NCBI RefSeq assembly: GCF_964355755.1
Contig: NC_092673.1
Location: 15,596,948-15,660,947, forward strand
Origin: Antedon mediterranea
Taxonomy: Eukaryota; Animalia; Echinodermata
Length of the DNA: 64,000 nt
Direction: 5' to 3'
The notes below the pieces were generated by a model. It had not been told where the DNA came from, ran no database searches, and saw only the letters and a list, made by a program, of their open reading frames with translations. This document shows, piece after piece, positions 25,053 to 38,300 of this stretch (within the stretch, counting starts at the first letter, position 1; every line of letters begins with the position of its first letter). A program made the translations under genes and the position numbers.

Positions 25053-28000
25053 TCAGATATTAAGTTTGGATAGAAGAGAGATGAGATCAGCAATCGGTGG
25101 TCGAGTTTTCTTGCATCTCACGGCCAACTCATTAAGTTGCTGCCAATGGCATGCCTGGGCTACGTCACACATAACAAAGCAGAGGGCGAAGATGTCGCTT
25201 GATGTTACTTCAGCAGCAGGTGGTTCCACAAGGGGTGATGTTATTCCACCCATGTCAATAATCTTGCCCATCCATTCTTCACTTTCATGTGAAAGTAGAA
25301 TGTTTTCTGCCTTTATGTCATTATGTGCCATTTTGTTCTGGTGGAGAAACTTCACACCATCACATACTGTCAATAGAATGTTAAGAATTGACCTCCTGTT
25401 TATGTTGGCGAATTTACTCTTTATTGCTTTTCTAAGAGTAAGAGATGAACTGTCAACTCCAATAAATGAAGAGACAATTTGGATGATGTTATTATCATCT
25501 CTTACTACGCCAAACATGAACGGAAATGATGGGTGAGCAGAACATAGTTGCATTGTGCGAGCCTCTAGGTTGATGTTATCTGCACTGCCATTTAAGATGG
25601 TTTTTACAGCAACCAATGAGTTGGTCGGAGTGTGCCTCATCAGAGAAACTTCCCCGAAAGCGCCTTGACCGATAACCACTGGTGTTTTCATCTCGTCAAC
25701 TGGTTTTAGATCCTTCTGGTTGATCACGTTCACGGTTGGCAGAAGACTCAGTAATACATCTGTCTTGTCTTTTCCTTGGTTTAAATCTGTTTGAGCCGAT
25801 AGCTGAAATCTATTTTTTAAGTAAAGAAGTTATATGATTTACCATTTTGTTTACAGAAATATCAGATAATATATTGCCTGCTTATATAATTTGTTAGGCC
25901 TACAATAAAAAATAATTATCTGTTAATGAGGAGACTCTTTAATAACACTTGAGGAAGTCGTACAATGACATTCTCAGTCTCAGAAGTCAACATCAGAATC
26001 CTATTTATAGACCTTATTGTGATGATATAAGACAATCCTACCTTTGAACTTCTTCAAACAATTCCATAACCTTATTCTCTTCATTCTTTAAAAGTTTCTT
26101 GAGATTGTCTAGTTCTCTTTCTTTTTGATCGCAATCAACACAGCTAAAAAAATATAAACAATACCTGAATAATTTGCTTTGAATTAGCTTGTAATTAACG
26201 TGTAATTGTTATTATTGTAATTTCCTTTGCATTTTATATATAGTTTTTTTTTTCAAACTTAAGCTTATCATTATAAATATAATATTTTAAATTCATTAGA
26301 TCTATTTTGGTTATTATTGTACGGACCATACACATACCCTTGTTTTCTTGCACTATCTGAACGTTGTTTACTCTTTAACATCTTCTTGGCTTCATTCAGT
26401 TGTTCCTTTGCTTCCTTATATTTACTTTCATATCTGTTTGAATTATATTTTAATAAGTTATAAGATATATTTTTAATTTTTCAAAGACTTTGAGAAAAAG
26501 GTGTCAACAATATTGTTGTATTTATGATTATTATTGAATGTTGATAATAAAGACTATGATGAGAAGATGATGATGAAATTGTTGAAGATAATCATAACGA
26601 TGATAATAGTGGAAACAAGTTGTGATAATAATGATATAATCAATAAATACCAGGTTAGCTTTTTATTCAATGGTATCAATTGATTTAGCTAACAAATCCT
26701 TTCATGATGGATGTAGTGAATTATCACAGCATTGAAAATGGGGTTAGCTTTTTCAATATAAACATTATACTTACTTAGTGTTTGTAGCATTAAGTACTTC
26801 TGTTCTTTTTTTCAAAACTTTCTTCAACTGCTCATTTTTTTTCTCTAACTCTTCTACAAGCTTTTCAATTTCTTTCTTCTCTTTGCTCTGTTGGCAATAT
26901 TTCTCATTCAGACTGAATTGGAAATTGAACATAATGTTAGAAGTGTTGAAAATAGCTTTAGCTTAATTGATCGTTACTGTAGCTCCTAGTATTTAACTTT
27001 TAAATATTTACTTGGCATTTACAACTTCAAGACATTCAAACTCTTTCTGTAAATCTTTCATTTCATTTGAAATTTTCTTTACTTCTTCCATCATTCTGAA
27101 ATTATGATAAAAATGTTTTTAAAAATTATCTAATAACAATGATAGGTTAATAAATAACTGTAAAAGTTGTTACAGATCAAACTGTTAAAATATTTACTTG
27201 GCATTTACAGCTTCTAGACATTCAAACTCTTTCTGCAAATCTTTCCTTTCACTTAACACTTTCTTTACTTCATCATCTTTGTTTTTAAGCTCTTCCATCA
27301 TTCTGAATTAAAAATAAAAATGTGTGAATGTGTTTAAAAATTATCAAATAACAAATAGGGTTAGCTTAACAAGTAACTGTAAGTGTAAAAGATAAAAATG
27401 TTCAATACTTACTTGGCATTTACAGCTTTTAACTCTTTCTGTAGTTCCTTCTTTTCATTTGACAATTTCTTTATTTCCTTACTATTGTTTTTAGAATCTT
27501 CCATCATTCTGAAATTAAGATAACAATGTTGGTGTTGCAATATTATCAAATAAAAAATATGGTTAGCCTAATCAACTGTAGCTCCATTACAATTATACCT
27601 AGATACAAAAGTAAAAATGTCAATATTTACTTGGCATTTACAGCTTCTAGACATTCTAACTCTTTCTGTAACTCTTTCCTTTCATTTCCAACTTTCTTTA
27701 TTTCATCACTTTTGTTTTTAAACTCTTCCATCATTCTGAAATGAAAATGTTTGAAGTGTTGAAAAATGATATAGGGTTAGCTTAATAAATTATTATTGTA
27801 GCTCCATTACTATTCAAATAATTATGTTACAAAGATGAACTGATCAATACTTACTGGGCATTTACAGCTTCCAACTCTTTCTTTTCATTTCCAACTTTCT
27901 TTACTTCATCATCTTTATTTTTTAACTCTTCCATCATTCTGAAATAAAAATGTTTGAGGTATTGAAAATGATAGAGGGTGAGCTTAATAAATGGTTATTG

Positions 28001-29669
28001 TAGCTACATTATTATTTAAATTTGTTACAAAGGTAAATTGATCAATGCTTACTTGGTATTTACAGCTTCTAACTCTTTCTGTACTTCTTTCTTTTCATTT
28101 GACAACTTCTTTTTTTCCTCACTATTGTTTCTAGAATCTTCCATCATTCTGAAATTAAGATTAACATTTTAGATATGTTGCAATGTTATCAAACAAAGGG
28201 TTAGCTTAATCAACTGTAGCTCCATTAATTTACACTTAGATACAAAAATAAACATTTTAATAATATTTACTTGGCATTTAGAGCTTCCAACTCTTTCTGT
28301 AAATCTTTCTTTTCACTTAACAAACTTTTTATTTCATCGTCTTTGTTTTTAAACTCTTCAATCATTCTAAAAAATAAAAATCAACGAAGTGTTCACAAAT
28401 TATCAAATCAAAAATATAGGTTAACTGTAGCTCCATTTTTACTATTCAAATTTGTTACAAAGATGAACTTTTCAATATTTACTTGGAATTTACAGCTTCC
28501 AACTCTTTCTGTAAATCTTTATTTTCATTTCCAACTTTCTTTATTTCCTCATCTTTGTTTGTAAACACTTCCATCATTCTGGCTTTCTTCTCATTTAATA
28601 CTTTCTTCAGCTCTCCGTTTCTTTTCTTAAACTCTTTTACTAGCCTTTCACTTGCTTTTTTTCTATAAACATAATAATAATATAAAACATTCAGGTATAT
28701 AACAATTAATACATTACATTTTGATACTATTATAAAAATAAGGACACAATATTGTATAATATAATTGTTCCTTTTAGCTGTTTTTATTTTGTTCATACTT
28801 TTCTCTTAATTTCTCTGCTTCCATTTCAATAGCTTCCATATCGTTTCTCTTAGTTGAAGCACATTCAACTTGACACAGGAATGTACTTATGATCTTAAAA
28901 CAATTATTTAATAAGAAATTGAATTACTATTTGTTAGATAAAATGAAATGTTGTTGAATGAAAGTTAATTAATAGTGATAATAATAATGTGAAACTTGCA
29001 AGACGTGTTAGGAGTCTTTTCCTACCTTGTTGTCTTCCATTGTCCGCATAAATACCAAATCACCTGGATTAACAGTATTTCTTTTTGATGCTGAAAGTGG
29101 ATCGGCATCTGGTTGGAATGATCCAGTTACTGGCTTCTTCTTCAACAGATTCATTCCTGTTGTATGCAGTTGTGGATCAAAGCTACAGTACAAATAGAAC
29201 AAATCCAGACATTGTTTTATTTGATCAAATTCAACAAATTTGAAAATAAATTACATGGGCTTATATTACTATTAATAATTACTATAATCTTAAGTAGGCC
29301 TATGGCCTAGCAGAGCCTACTACATAAATAATAACCCAGGGCTATACTGGTGGGTCAGGAAAGGCATGTGTAAAAAGAGCATAATATAGGCCTAGCTAGG
29401 CCCTAGTAGTAGCCCTAATTAATATCTAGGCCTAGGCTAGGTAGGTTTAGTACAGCAAACCAGGCCAGGCCTGGGCCTAGTCTAGCTACATACAGGCCTA
29501 CCTATACTATAGGCCTACTACTAGGCCTAGGGTAGGCTAGGTAGGTAGGCCTAGCCTAGTTAGGCCTAGGCTAGGCTAGGCCTACTAGCTAGAGGCTGGT
29601 TTTGGTTAAAAAATCTTACCGTCGTCGTGAACGACGCCAAAAAGGAAGTAGATTGATGCTAGAATTCAT
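25053..29669 (-). CDS. Coiled-coil-repeat + protein kinase gene, copy B (chimeric C-left/A-right; 8 repeat exons)
   Basis: Same exon set as A. Repeat exons 27012-27095, 27198-27302, 27413-27508, 27631-27735, 27855-27938, 28053-28148, 28271-28366, 28483-28662 are all multiples of 3; kinase ORF is intact. Confidence 0.78.
29290..29598. repeat. TAGGCCTA-rich tract in intron 1 of copy B (shortened version of the copy A tract)
   Basis: Collinear with 10030-10772 but with large deletions. Confidence 0.85.
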
Positions 29670-29955
29670 ATTGCTAGCTTTAGACATATAAATACAAATA
29701 TTTAGGATGCGTAAAGGTAAATTAATTCGTTGTATAAAAACAATTCTGACGACTGATGATGAGGAGCTTTCGCTGTTGTGTTTATTTATCTTTATTATCT
29801 TTGCTTCCTTTTATACATTTTAATGTGCGTGCCACCTTGTACGTCATAAAAACAATGTCGCGTGTCCCGATTTATGTTCTAAATACGCGCTAGTCGACAT
29901 CATAAAACCATTGTTTGCTTTACAAAAAAAAACTATATTGATTATCTTATTAATC

Positions 29956-30491
29956 TATTAGTGGGGTGCCTTAGGGTCAAAAACGTTACACGGATGACAA
30001 AGTTTTCAAATTTTGCACATATGTTCACTTGGACATACAGATTAAAAAAATTACTGTAGCCAAGAAAAAAAATGTATTTTATGACCATATTTGGAGTATT
30101 TTCAAAATGGCCGCCATAACAAAATGATGGTCCATATCTTAGTAACCGGTAGGGGTACAGAGTTCATTTTAGTGTTAAATTGCTTAGAACACATATGTTT
30201 CTATTCACTCTAATACAACATTTTATTAATCATCATTTCCGGAATTGTGACCTTTGACCCTAGTATGGTCATATCTCGATAACTACTGACAGTAGAAACA
30301 TGAGGTTGGTCTTAAAATATTCACAATATACATGTTAGTATTTGGTCTAACGAACTATTTTTCCCAAAAGTGACTGGAAATCATAATATTGACCTTTGAC
30401 CCGATAACCTCAAATTTCGTTACCGAATGCGCATAACATCAAAATATTGGGCTTAAATTGTCAAAAATGTATATTTTTGTATTAATTAAGG
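29956..30491. mobile_element. Unclassified ~535-bp segment replacing ~130 bp of the copy B upstream region
   Basis: Absent from A (11110-11240) and C (49637-49770). Contains ttttcaaaatggccgcc and repeated tgacctttgacc, motifs common in non-autonomous DNA elements. Confidence 0.55.
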
Positions 30492-30752
30492 TGATCCGGT
30501 GACAGAGGACGTAAAACCAAGTAGCAGATACGCGCCCATTACGGAATTGTTGCCATGAAACATAAACAAAGACTGGTGGTAGAGTACTGTACGTGTGAAT
30601 ATGTGATTAAAAAAAACCCGTAGAAAATGGCAGAAAAGCAAAGATTGTATAGCGCCGCTACGCGGTGCAAGAAGAATTAATTGGGGGCCATTCGGGCGGA
30701 CAAAATTATTATGATTGTGGTAAATTGTGGCTAATGTCCGCTCGAATGGCGT

Positions 30753-33700
30753 CCAATGATCATTGAGGAGTGACTTGAATAGATTTAAATTTGGAGCTTT
30801 TACAACATTAGATGGTAAGCTATTCCACGAGTCCACAACTCTACAACTGAAGGAAAACTTCCTGGAATTAAGCCTAAACTTGTTTTTATATAACTTGTAT
30901 TCATGACCTCTAGTTCCATGACAATCAACAAATGTAAAAAAACCTTCTGCATTCTATAACGTCAAGACCATTTATAATTCTGAAGATTTGGATCATATCC
31001 GCTCTTAATCGTCTGTACTCCAATGTAGGTAAACCCAAAAACTTCAATCTATACGGATAAGCCAAATGTTTTATTTCTGACAATTTTATTTTTTTATTTC
31101 TTTATTCTGATATAAAATCAATAGGATAAAAACACAAAAAAGTACCGAGACTGCAAACTTATGACTTGGTAGCTCTTCGTTGAACCGACTCGATTTTCTT
31201 AATCAGTCCAATTTGATGAGGTGCCCAGACACAACAGTTAAATTCCAAGATAGGGCGGACTAAAGATTTGTATAGACTAACAAACATATCCTTATCGTTG
31301 TAACAAAAAGTCCTTTTGATGAGACCCACTATTTTATTTGCCTTAGCAACACAGCAATAATTTATATGATAATCAAAGTTCAATTTATGATCAAAGTATA
31401 CTCCAAGATCCTTTTCTATAGCAGTCTCTTCAATTTTAACTTTACCTTGTACATTTACAAAATACTTATTCTTCTCATTTGTTTTCCCCATATACAAAAT
31501 CTTGCACTTGTTGGCATTGAACGGTAGTTGCCATCTGGTCGCGACCAATTAAACATTATTATCAAGTGAGATCTGCAATTTTTCTTTGGATTCTCCATAG
31601 GCCTAATCATAAACTTTAGTATCATCAGCGAACATCTTAACTTCTGATAATGCAACTTCAGGCAAGTCATTGATAAAGAGTAAGAATAAAATCGGACCAA
31701 GCACACTTTCTTGCGGAACACCACTTATTATTACTTATTTCGACAGAGTCCCATTTAACATTACTCATTGTCTTCTGCCTTTTAAGAAGTCTTGAATCCA
31801 ATTATAGACGTCGTTACCGGAGATACCATAAGCTTCAACCTTCCTTAACAGTCTCATATGAGGTACAGAATGAAGGCCTTTTGGAAGTCCAAATATGCCA
31901 CATCAATATCACGCCCATCATCTAAAAGCTTATGTTCTACTATCTCTAATAGTTGCGTTGTTGTGGATCTAACGGACCTAAAGCCATGTTGATGTTCCGA
32001 TAATAAGTCATTGTTGACAAAATGCTTAATTAAAGAATCTCTGATATGCTTTCCATAACTTTACAACAAACAGCAGTCAAGCTAACAGGCCGATAATTAT
32101 TTATTCCACCCTGCTTCCTTTTTTAAAAATAGGTAAAATATGAGCTTCTTTCCAATTCCGAGGAACAATACCTTCTTTCAATGAATTAGAAAAAATGTTA
32201 CTTAGCGGCTCAGAAATATAAGCTCTGCACTCTCTTAAAATCATAGGGTGAATACCATCAGGTCCTAGACTCTTAGTCACATTTAAATTCTTTAAATATT
32301 TTTCAATTATTTGGGGTGATATTTCAACTTCAGAACAAACTGTATCAAAAACTCTTCTTTGAAACTCTGGTACGTTATCAATATCTTCCCTTACAAAAAC
32401 TGTAGAGAAAAAAGTATTAAGTATCTCAGTCTTGGACTGATCATCACTGTGTGTCACATTTTCTCATCTTTCAGGGATGGTAGTCTCGCTTTAACCTTGG
32501 TTTTGGAGTTTTCATATTGCCAGAATGATTTGGGTTTCTGTTTTTTTTCGGAAGCAATCATTTTTTTTAAAGTTCCAAACTGCCTTCCTTTTCATGGATG
32601 TTACTTTATTTCTAGCATCTTTAAATTTAGCTTTATTAGATCTGCTTGGACAATGGTTATACCTAAACCATGCTTTTCTTTTTAGTTTTATCATTTTCTG
32701 CATACCCTTGTTTAACCAAAGAGGCTCTTTGACCTTATACTGTTGTCCCCCTTTTTTTACCTTGGGAATGTGCCGTCCAATAGTTTCTGCAATAATTTCA
32801 CTAAACAAATTCCAACACTCTTCTGTTCCACCATTTTCAAATTTCCCCTCCCAATCAATCTTTTTTAGTTCTTCATTTATTTGAACATAATCACCGTAAT
32901 GATAATTTGGTTTTAACAAGTTATTGTCTTGCGACTCAATGTAACAATCAAATTTAAATGTTAATACTGCGTGATCGCTTTTTACCGAGTGGTGCACTGT
33001 AACAAATGTCATCGATCATGTCCTCTTCATTTGTAAAAACCAAGTCTAAACGACTAGGATTCTGTCCATCTCTAAATTTAGTTGCTTGTGTTACATGTTG
33101 AAAATAAAAATGATCCTGAACCCAGTTCGTAAAATTTGTTCCATCATGATTATCAGAGTATCCTGATGCTTGATTAATCCAATCAATACTACCAAAATTA
33201 AAATCACCAGTTATTAATAAATGTGAAAAGTTAGTGCAGCATATTTTACTCAACTTAGCCAAAAATAAAACGTTCTGCTCCTGACTATTACTAGGGCTCC
33301 CTATACGCACAAACTAAAAGTAAGGAATCATTGTTTTTCAATGAAAGTTTCACATAAATAATATCTCCAATATCTCCACTGGATGATTCTGTCACATATC
33401 CACATAAATCTTCTTTTAAATAAACACCTCTACCGTCAAAATTTGTAGAAAAAAATACTTGATATCCATCCAATTTTAAATCAATCTCCTGTATTAAATT
33501 CTTCTTACTTGGATTCTTTGGGAATATCTCAGTCAACATAATTATACTTGGTTTATTAATTGAAATCAAAATCTCCCATCTCATTCTTTTTACTGAAAAA
33601 CGAGTAAACGTTAGAATATACGACCTTAATAGAATTTTTTTCAAAACAGTTAGGCTCTCTTGCACCATCAAATAAATTACTTCTAAAATTAATGTTTTCT

Positions 33701-34050
33701 TCTTCAATTGTATTTGCATTTACAGGATCAGCGAACATTTTCTTGGGGTCTTTGTATAATTTTACCCCTGGAGATAAATAGATTAGGTTCACCTGCATTT
33801 ATTCGCTCCTGCAACTCTACTCTCAGCTTTCTATTGGATTCTCTTTGTTGGAATGTTAAATCCGGTGAAATATATACATTATTTTCCCATCCTTTTAATT
33901 TCTTAAGATTTTTAGCTCTCGATAGAATTTCTCTTTTAGTTGCTATTTCCTTACACAACACTCTTATCATTCTTGACCTCCTGATATTTTTATTCTGACC
34001 GGACACGTCCTTGGGTGTTATCCTTGCAATATGCATTTCGCTATATTTCT
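30753..34050 (-). mobile_element. Decayed CR1-clade LINE; duplicate of 11630-14230 retaining the endonuclease region but lacking the 3' end
   Basis: ORF1 C-terminus (VYISPDLT), APE motifs (MLTE, ITGDFN, LDLVFT, SDH), RT fragments; same 5' junction as the A-side copy. Confidence 0.9.
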
Positions 34051-34643
34051 ATATATTTTCGTTATATTATAAACCAAAATAAGTCTGAAATGGTGGAAAT
34101 CTAAAAATTGAGTCGGGTAAATCAATCCAGAACCCCAAAAACAATCGCTTTTAACATGAAATGCCTACAGCATATGAAAATCTGGACTAGTATATTATTG
34201 CCAAAAGAGGATTTATTTGCTTTGCCTATTTTTTTTGCAAACAACTTGATGATAGGTGGCGCCATTGGTTTGTTTTAGAGTAGCAGCATTATATTGACAG
34301 TGACTATAGAGTAACCAATCACCATAACATTTAGAGTCATCCTCAGTCTAGTCATATAAAAAGTTGCACACACATTAGAAGTTTTCTGGAACAAAATAAA
34401 AAAATAATTCAATTTTAATATTAATATCTTACTAGTAGTAGCGTCATACTGTACACATCGGTCCTGGAAATAATTTCTGGTAACTTTCTTGATTTCCTTA
34501 CATCTGAAAACAATTCACCTTGCAATAAACACACAGAAAAGAGACATTTTTTCTATTTATAAAAGTACATTTATCTTAAATAATCAGAAAATATTTTCTA
34601 AATTACAAACACATACAAGCACCAATTAAAATAAATCTAGGTT

Positions 34644-35313
34644 TGTTAACTTTGAAATGTATAATGTCGCCCTCTATTTCATGTTTGGGGAGCAAGAGGG
34701 CAGACTTGCTCAGAGTTGTGCTTTGGGCAAGGATAGTTCATAGCCTAGATAAATACACTGATAGTTAAAAATATGTACTGTAATCTATAGGTTCTGGTGA
34801 AGAAACAGATGTAAGTTTATGAGGCTTTATATTTAGATAATATAATCTTTTGTATCATTTAACTGTAGCCTACTAGATAATTACAAATTACTGACTCAAT
34901 TATACTATAATCTAGGCCTAGGCCTAGGCTAGGCCTACTGTTAAATTGAAGTAATGATGGTAATACAGTAATGATGAATCGATCATTTTCTATAAATCTA
35001 GTTTAATATGATTGTTGAGCTATTTAGCTTAGATGTTCCAATTGTTATACCAATTGATTATTTAATTACAATGACGGCTTTAATTATCCATTAATTTACA
35101 GTTTAAACCGTTCGATCTATCGTTCGTTCCACTGCTGTGTGTTCGTTCAACATCTATCCATTGTGTGCTCAACCAATTTGTTCGACCATTCAACCAATTT
35201 GTCAAATCGTTCGTTTCATTGCCGTGTTGAATAAACATTATTTATATCTATACCTTTGTGAACGCGTTTAATTCGTTTTGACTCCCAGAACCGCACGTGA
35301 CGTCAAGGTTATA
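34644..35313 (+). repeat. 5' LTR
   Basis: tgttaactttg...caaggttata; no difference from the 3' LTR seen by eye. Confidence 0.93.
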
Positions 35314-35356
35314 TAAGTTTAAAATCTCTCTTCTACTGCAATAATCTATCTCTAAG

Positions 35357-38300
35357 ATGTTTGACGTTGAACCAAGTGATTCAGTGAGTTGCGTAAGCTC
35401 CAAACGCTCATCATCGAGCAGCAGATCTAGGATCCGGGTTAAGGCTGAAGCTGCAGCATTAAGGGAACGAGCTGCCAGACAGAAAGAAATGCATGACTTG
35501 GAAATGCAGGAATTGGTGCTCAAACAAAAGAAGGCTGATGTGGAATTGCAAATTGAAATCGGGGCAATTGAAGCAGCCGACAAAGTTTACAACGAAGCTG
35601 AACAGGACGAGGATGAGGCAGTAGATCGTGAACTCGAAGATCTTTCTCTACCAAAGCTTCAAATTGAAACAACCACTCCCAAACTTCCATCAGGAAATCT
35701 GCCCGACCAACGATTTTCTCCTGATTATCGATCAGAATATGTTCCAAAGGAGGAGACAGAACTGTTAGGGAATCCTATGCTGTGGCAGCGTACACCTCAA
35801 CCAGCAGTGTTCCAACCATTTAATCTGGATGCTCCTGTATTCCACCAACACAAGCAGATCGATGCCATAGATAGACTGGCATCCACAATGATGAGAGCAC
35901 AAGATAAGCAAAATGAAGCATTGAGACAGATCGTCCAACAACAGCAACAAAGTGTTACTGCGCTTACCTTGCCTAACCCGTCAATGAAGTTATACAGTGG
36001 CAATCCTGCTGAATACTGCGAGTTTGTCACTTCATTCAAACATCTTGTTGAGAACAAAACTGTGAGCCAGAGTGCAAGACTGCACTACTTGGTACAGTAC
36101 ACGACTGGGGCTGTACAAGAGTTGATGAGAAGCTGTCTATCGATGAGTGATGATAAAGGATATGTTGAGGCGAGACGCTTGCTAAAGGAAAGATATGGAC
36201 AAGCATACAAGATAGCTGCTGCCCACGTTCAACTCTTGCTGGATTGGCCGATTATCAAAGTCGAGGATGGCATAGCTCTACAACGCTTCTCTACTCAACT
36301 AACAAGCTGTGCAAATACACTTCAGGAAATTGGATACCTTAGCAAGCTAGATAATCCAGACAATCTTCGGAAAATCATTGAACGTCTTCCGTATCGACTA
36401 AGGCTAAGATGGCGGGAAGTGGTTGACACTATCATCGTAAAGGAAAAGAGAGATGTGAATATTAAGGATATTACCAAGTTTGTCACCGATAAGGCTAGGG
36501 TAGCAACTCATCCAGTCTTTGGTAAAATAGAGCCAGTGAAGTCTACCAATTCTCCAAATTTGGATAAATTATCGACCAACCACAAATCTAGCAGTTATGC
36601 CGTTCACAATTCTCAGTCAAACACACCTGTAACATCACAACCAACGTGTCCGCTATGCTGTGAGGACCATTGGCTCTCCAGATGTGAGCAGTTCCGACGG
36701 AAGTCACTCAACGACCGATGGAAATGTGTAAATGACAAGAAAATCTGTATCAACTGTCTTACAGTTGGACATTTTGTGAAAGATTGTCAAAAGCAAAGTT
36801 TCTGCAAAATATCCGGATGCACGAAGAAACACTCAACATATTTACATCCCAAAGGTGAGACTGCAAGTAATGCTGGTACTGTTGCTGTACAACCAGTTCA
36901 GACGTCTCCAGCAACCTTCAGTGGTGAACAGGTCAACATGTCGGCATCGAGAAGCACATCAACCGTTACTGGTCTTGCTGCTGTACCTGTGAGAGTCAAG
37001 GCTCCAGGAAGTGCCAAGCTTGTAGAAACCTATGCATTTCTGGATAATGGATCCAACACAACTTTCTGCACCACTGGTCTACTAAAGCAATTAGGGATAT
37101 CATCGAATACTGTAGACTTATCATTGACAACCATGAACGGAGTAAATAGACCAATCCAGTGTGAACTTACAAAGTTGGAGATTTTGGATTTAAACCATGG
37201 ACATTCCGTCTTACTTCCAAACGTCTATTCAGTGCAAACCCTACCAATTTCTACCGATACGATCGCTACTCCAGATGACATCAACAAATGGCCTCACCTA
37301 GCTGGGATTAAAGTAGATAAAATAAATGCAGATATTGGTATTCTCATTGGAAGTGATGTGCCAGAATTGCTACAACCGCTGGAAGTACGCGCATGCCACG
37401 ATGGTGGTCCATTTGCCACTAGAACACTATTTGGCTGGGTTGTCAACGGCCCATTGGGAAGGAAGAACTCTGGATCAACACACTGCGCTAACTACATTGA
37501 TTCACATGAAGAGTTGTCAACACAGTTCAAGGACTACTATAATCTAGAATTCAATGACAGCCTGTACAACCCTGCAGATGAAGCATCAAGAGGTATGACA
37601 GTAAATGAATTATTGATCAATCAACGTTGGAAAGAAGGTCCAGAATTCCTAAAGCAACCTGAGAGGACATGGCCACAAAGACCAGCAAACTTGGGTGAAA
37701 TCCCACAAGATGACCCAGAGGTAAAGGCAAAATCCACAGTCTGTGCTACTGGTATAAATGTAATTGACTCGATTTCATCAGTCATTAACTACTACTCATC
37801 ATGGGAGAAGTTGAAGAAGTCGTTTGCATGGATTTTGAGGTACAAAGAAAAGTTACGAGAAGTGGTTCGCAGGCGTAAGGCTGGAGACGATGTTTCATTT
37901 AATAGAAATGACACAGTTGATCCAATCAATGTTTTGGAGATGAAAGGTGCTGAAATTGCTATCACGAAGCATGTACAGAAATGCTTTGAAGACGAGCAAG
38001 TTTGCTTGAAGCATGTAAGCCTATCTCAACCCTGCAATACCAAAAAGCAACGAGCACTACCAAAATCCAGCAAGATCTACAAACTCGATCCCATCTTAAG
38101 TGAGGGAGTGATCAGAGTAGGGGGCCGTCTTCAAAATTCACCTATCAACGGTGACATGAAACATCAGATAATCCTACCAAAGAATCACCACATAGTGAAG
38201 CTCATTACTACATACTATCACCATTTATCAGGACACAGTGGACTAGAATACACACTGTCCCTAGTTCGACAGAAGTTCTGGCCGATTGATGCACGTACTG

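Noticed and set aside
34811-35101. Intron-like gtaagt...tttacag within the LTR
   Set aside because: Plausible, but there is no transcript evidence and such motifs are frequent in AT-rich DNA.
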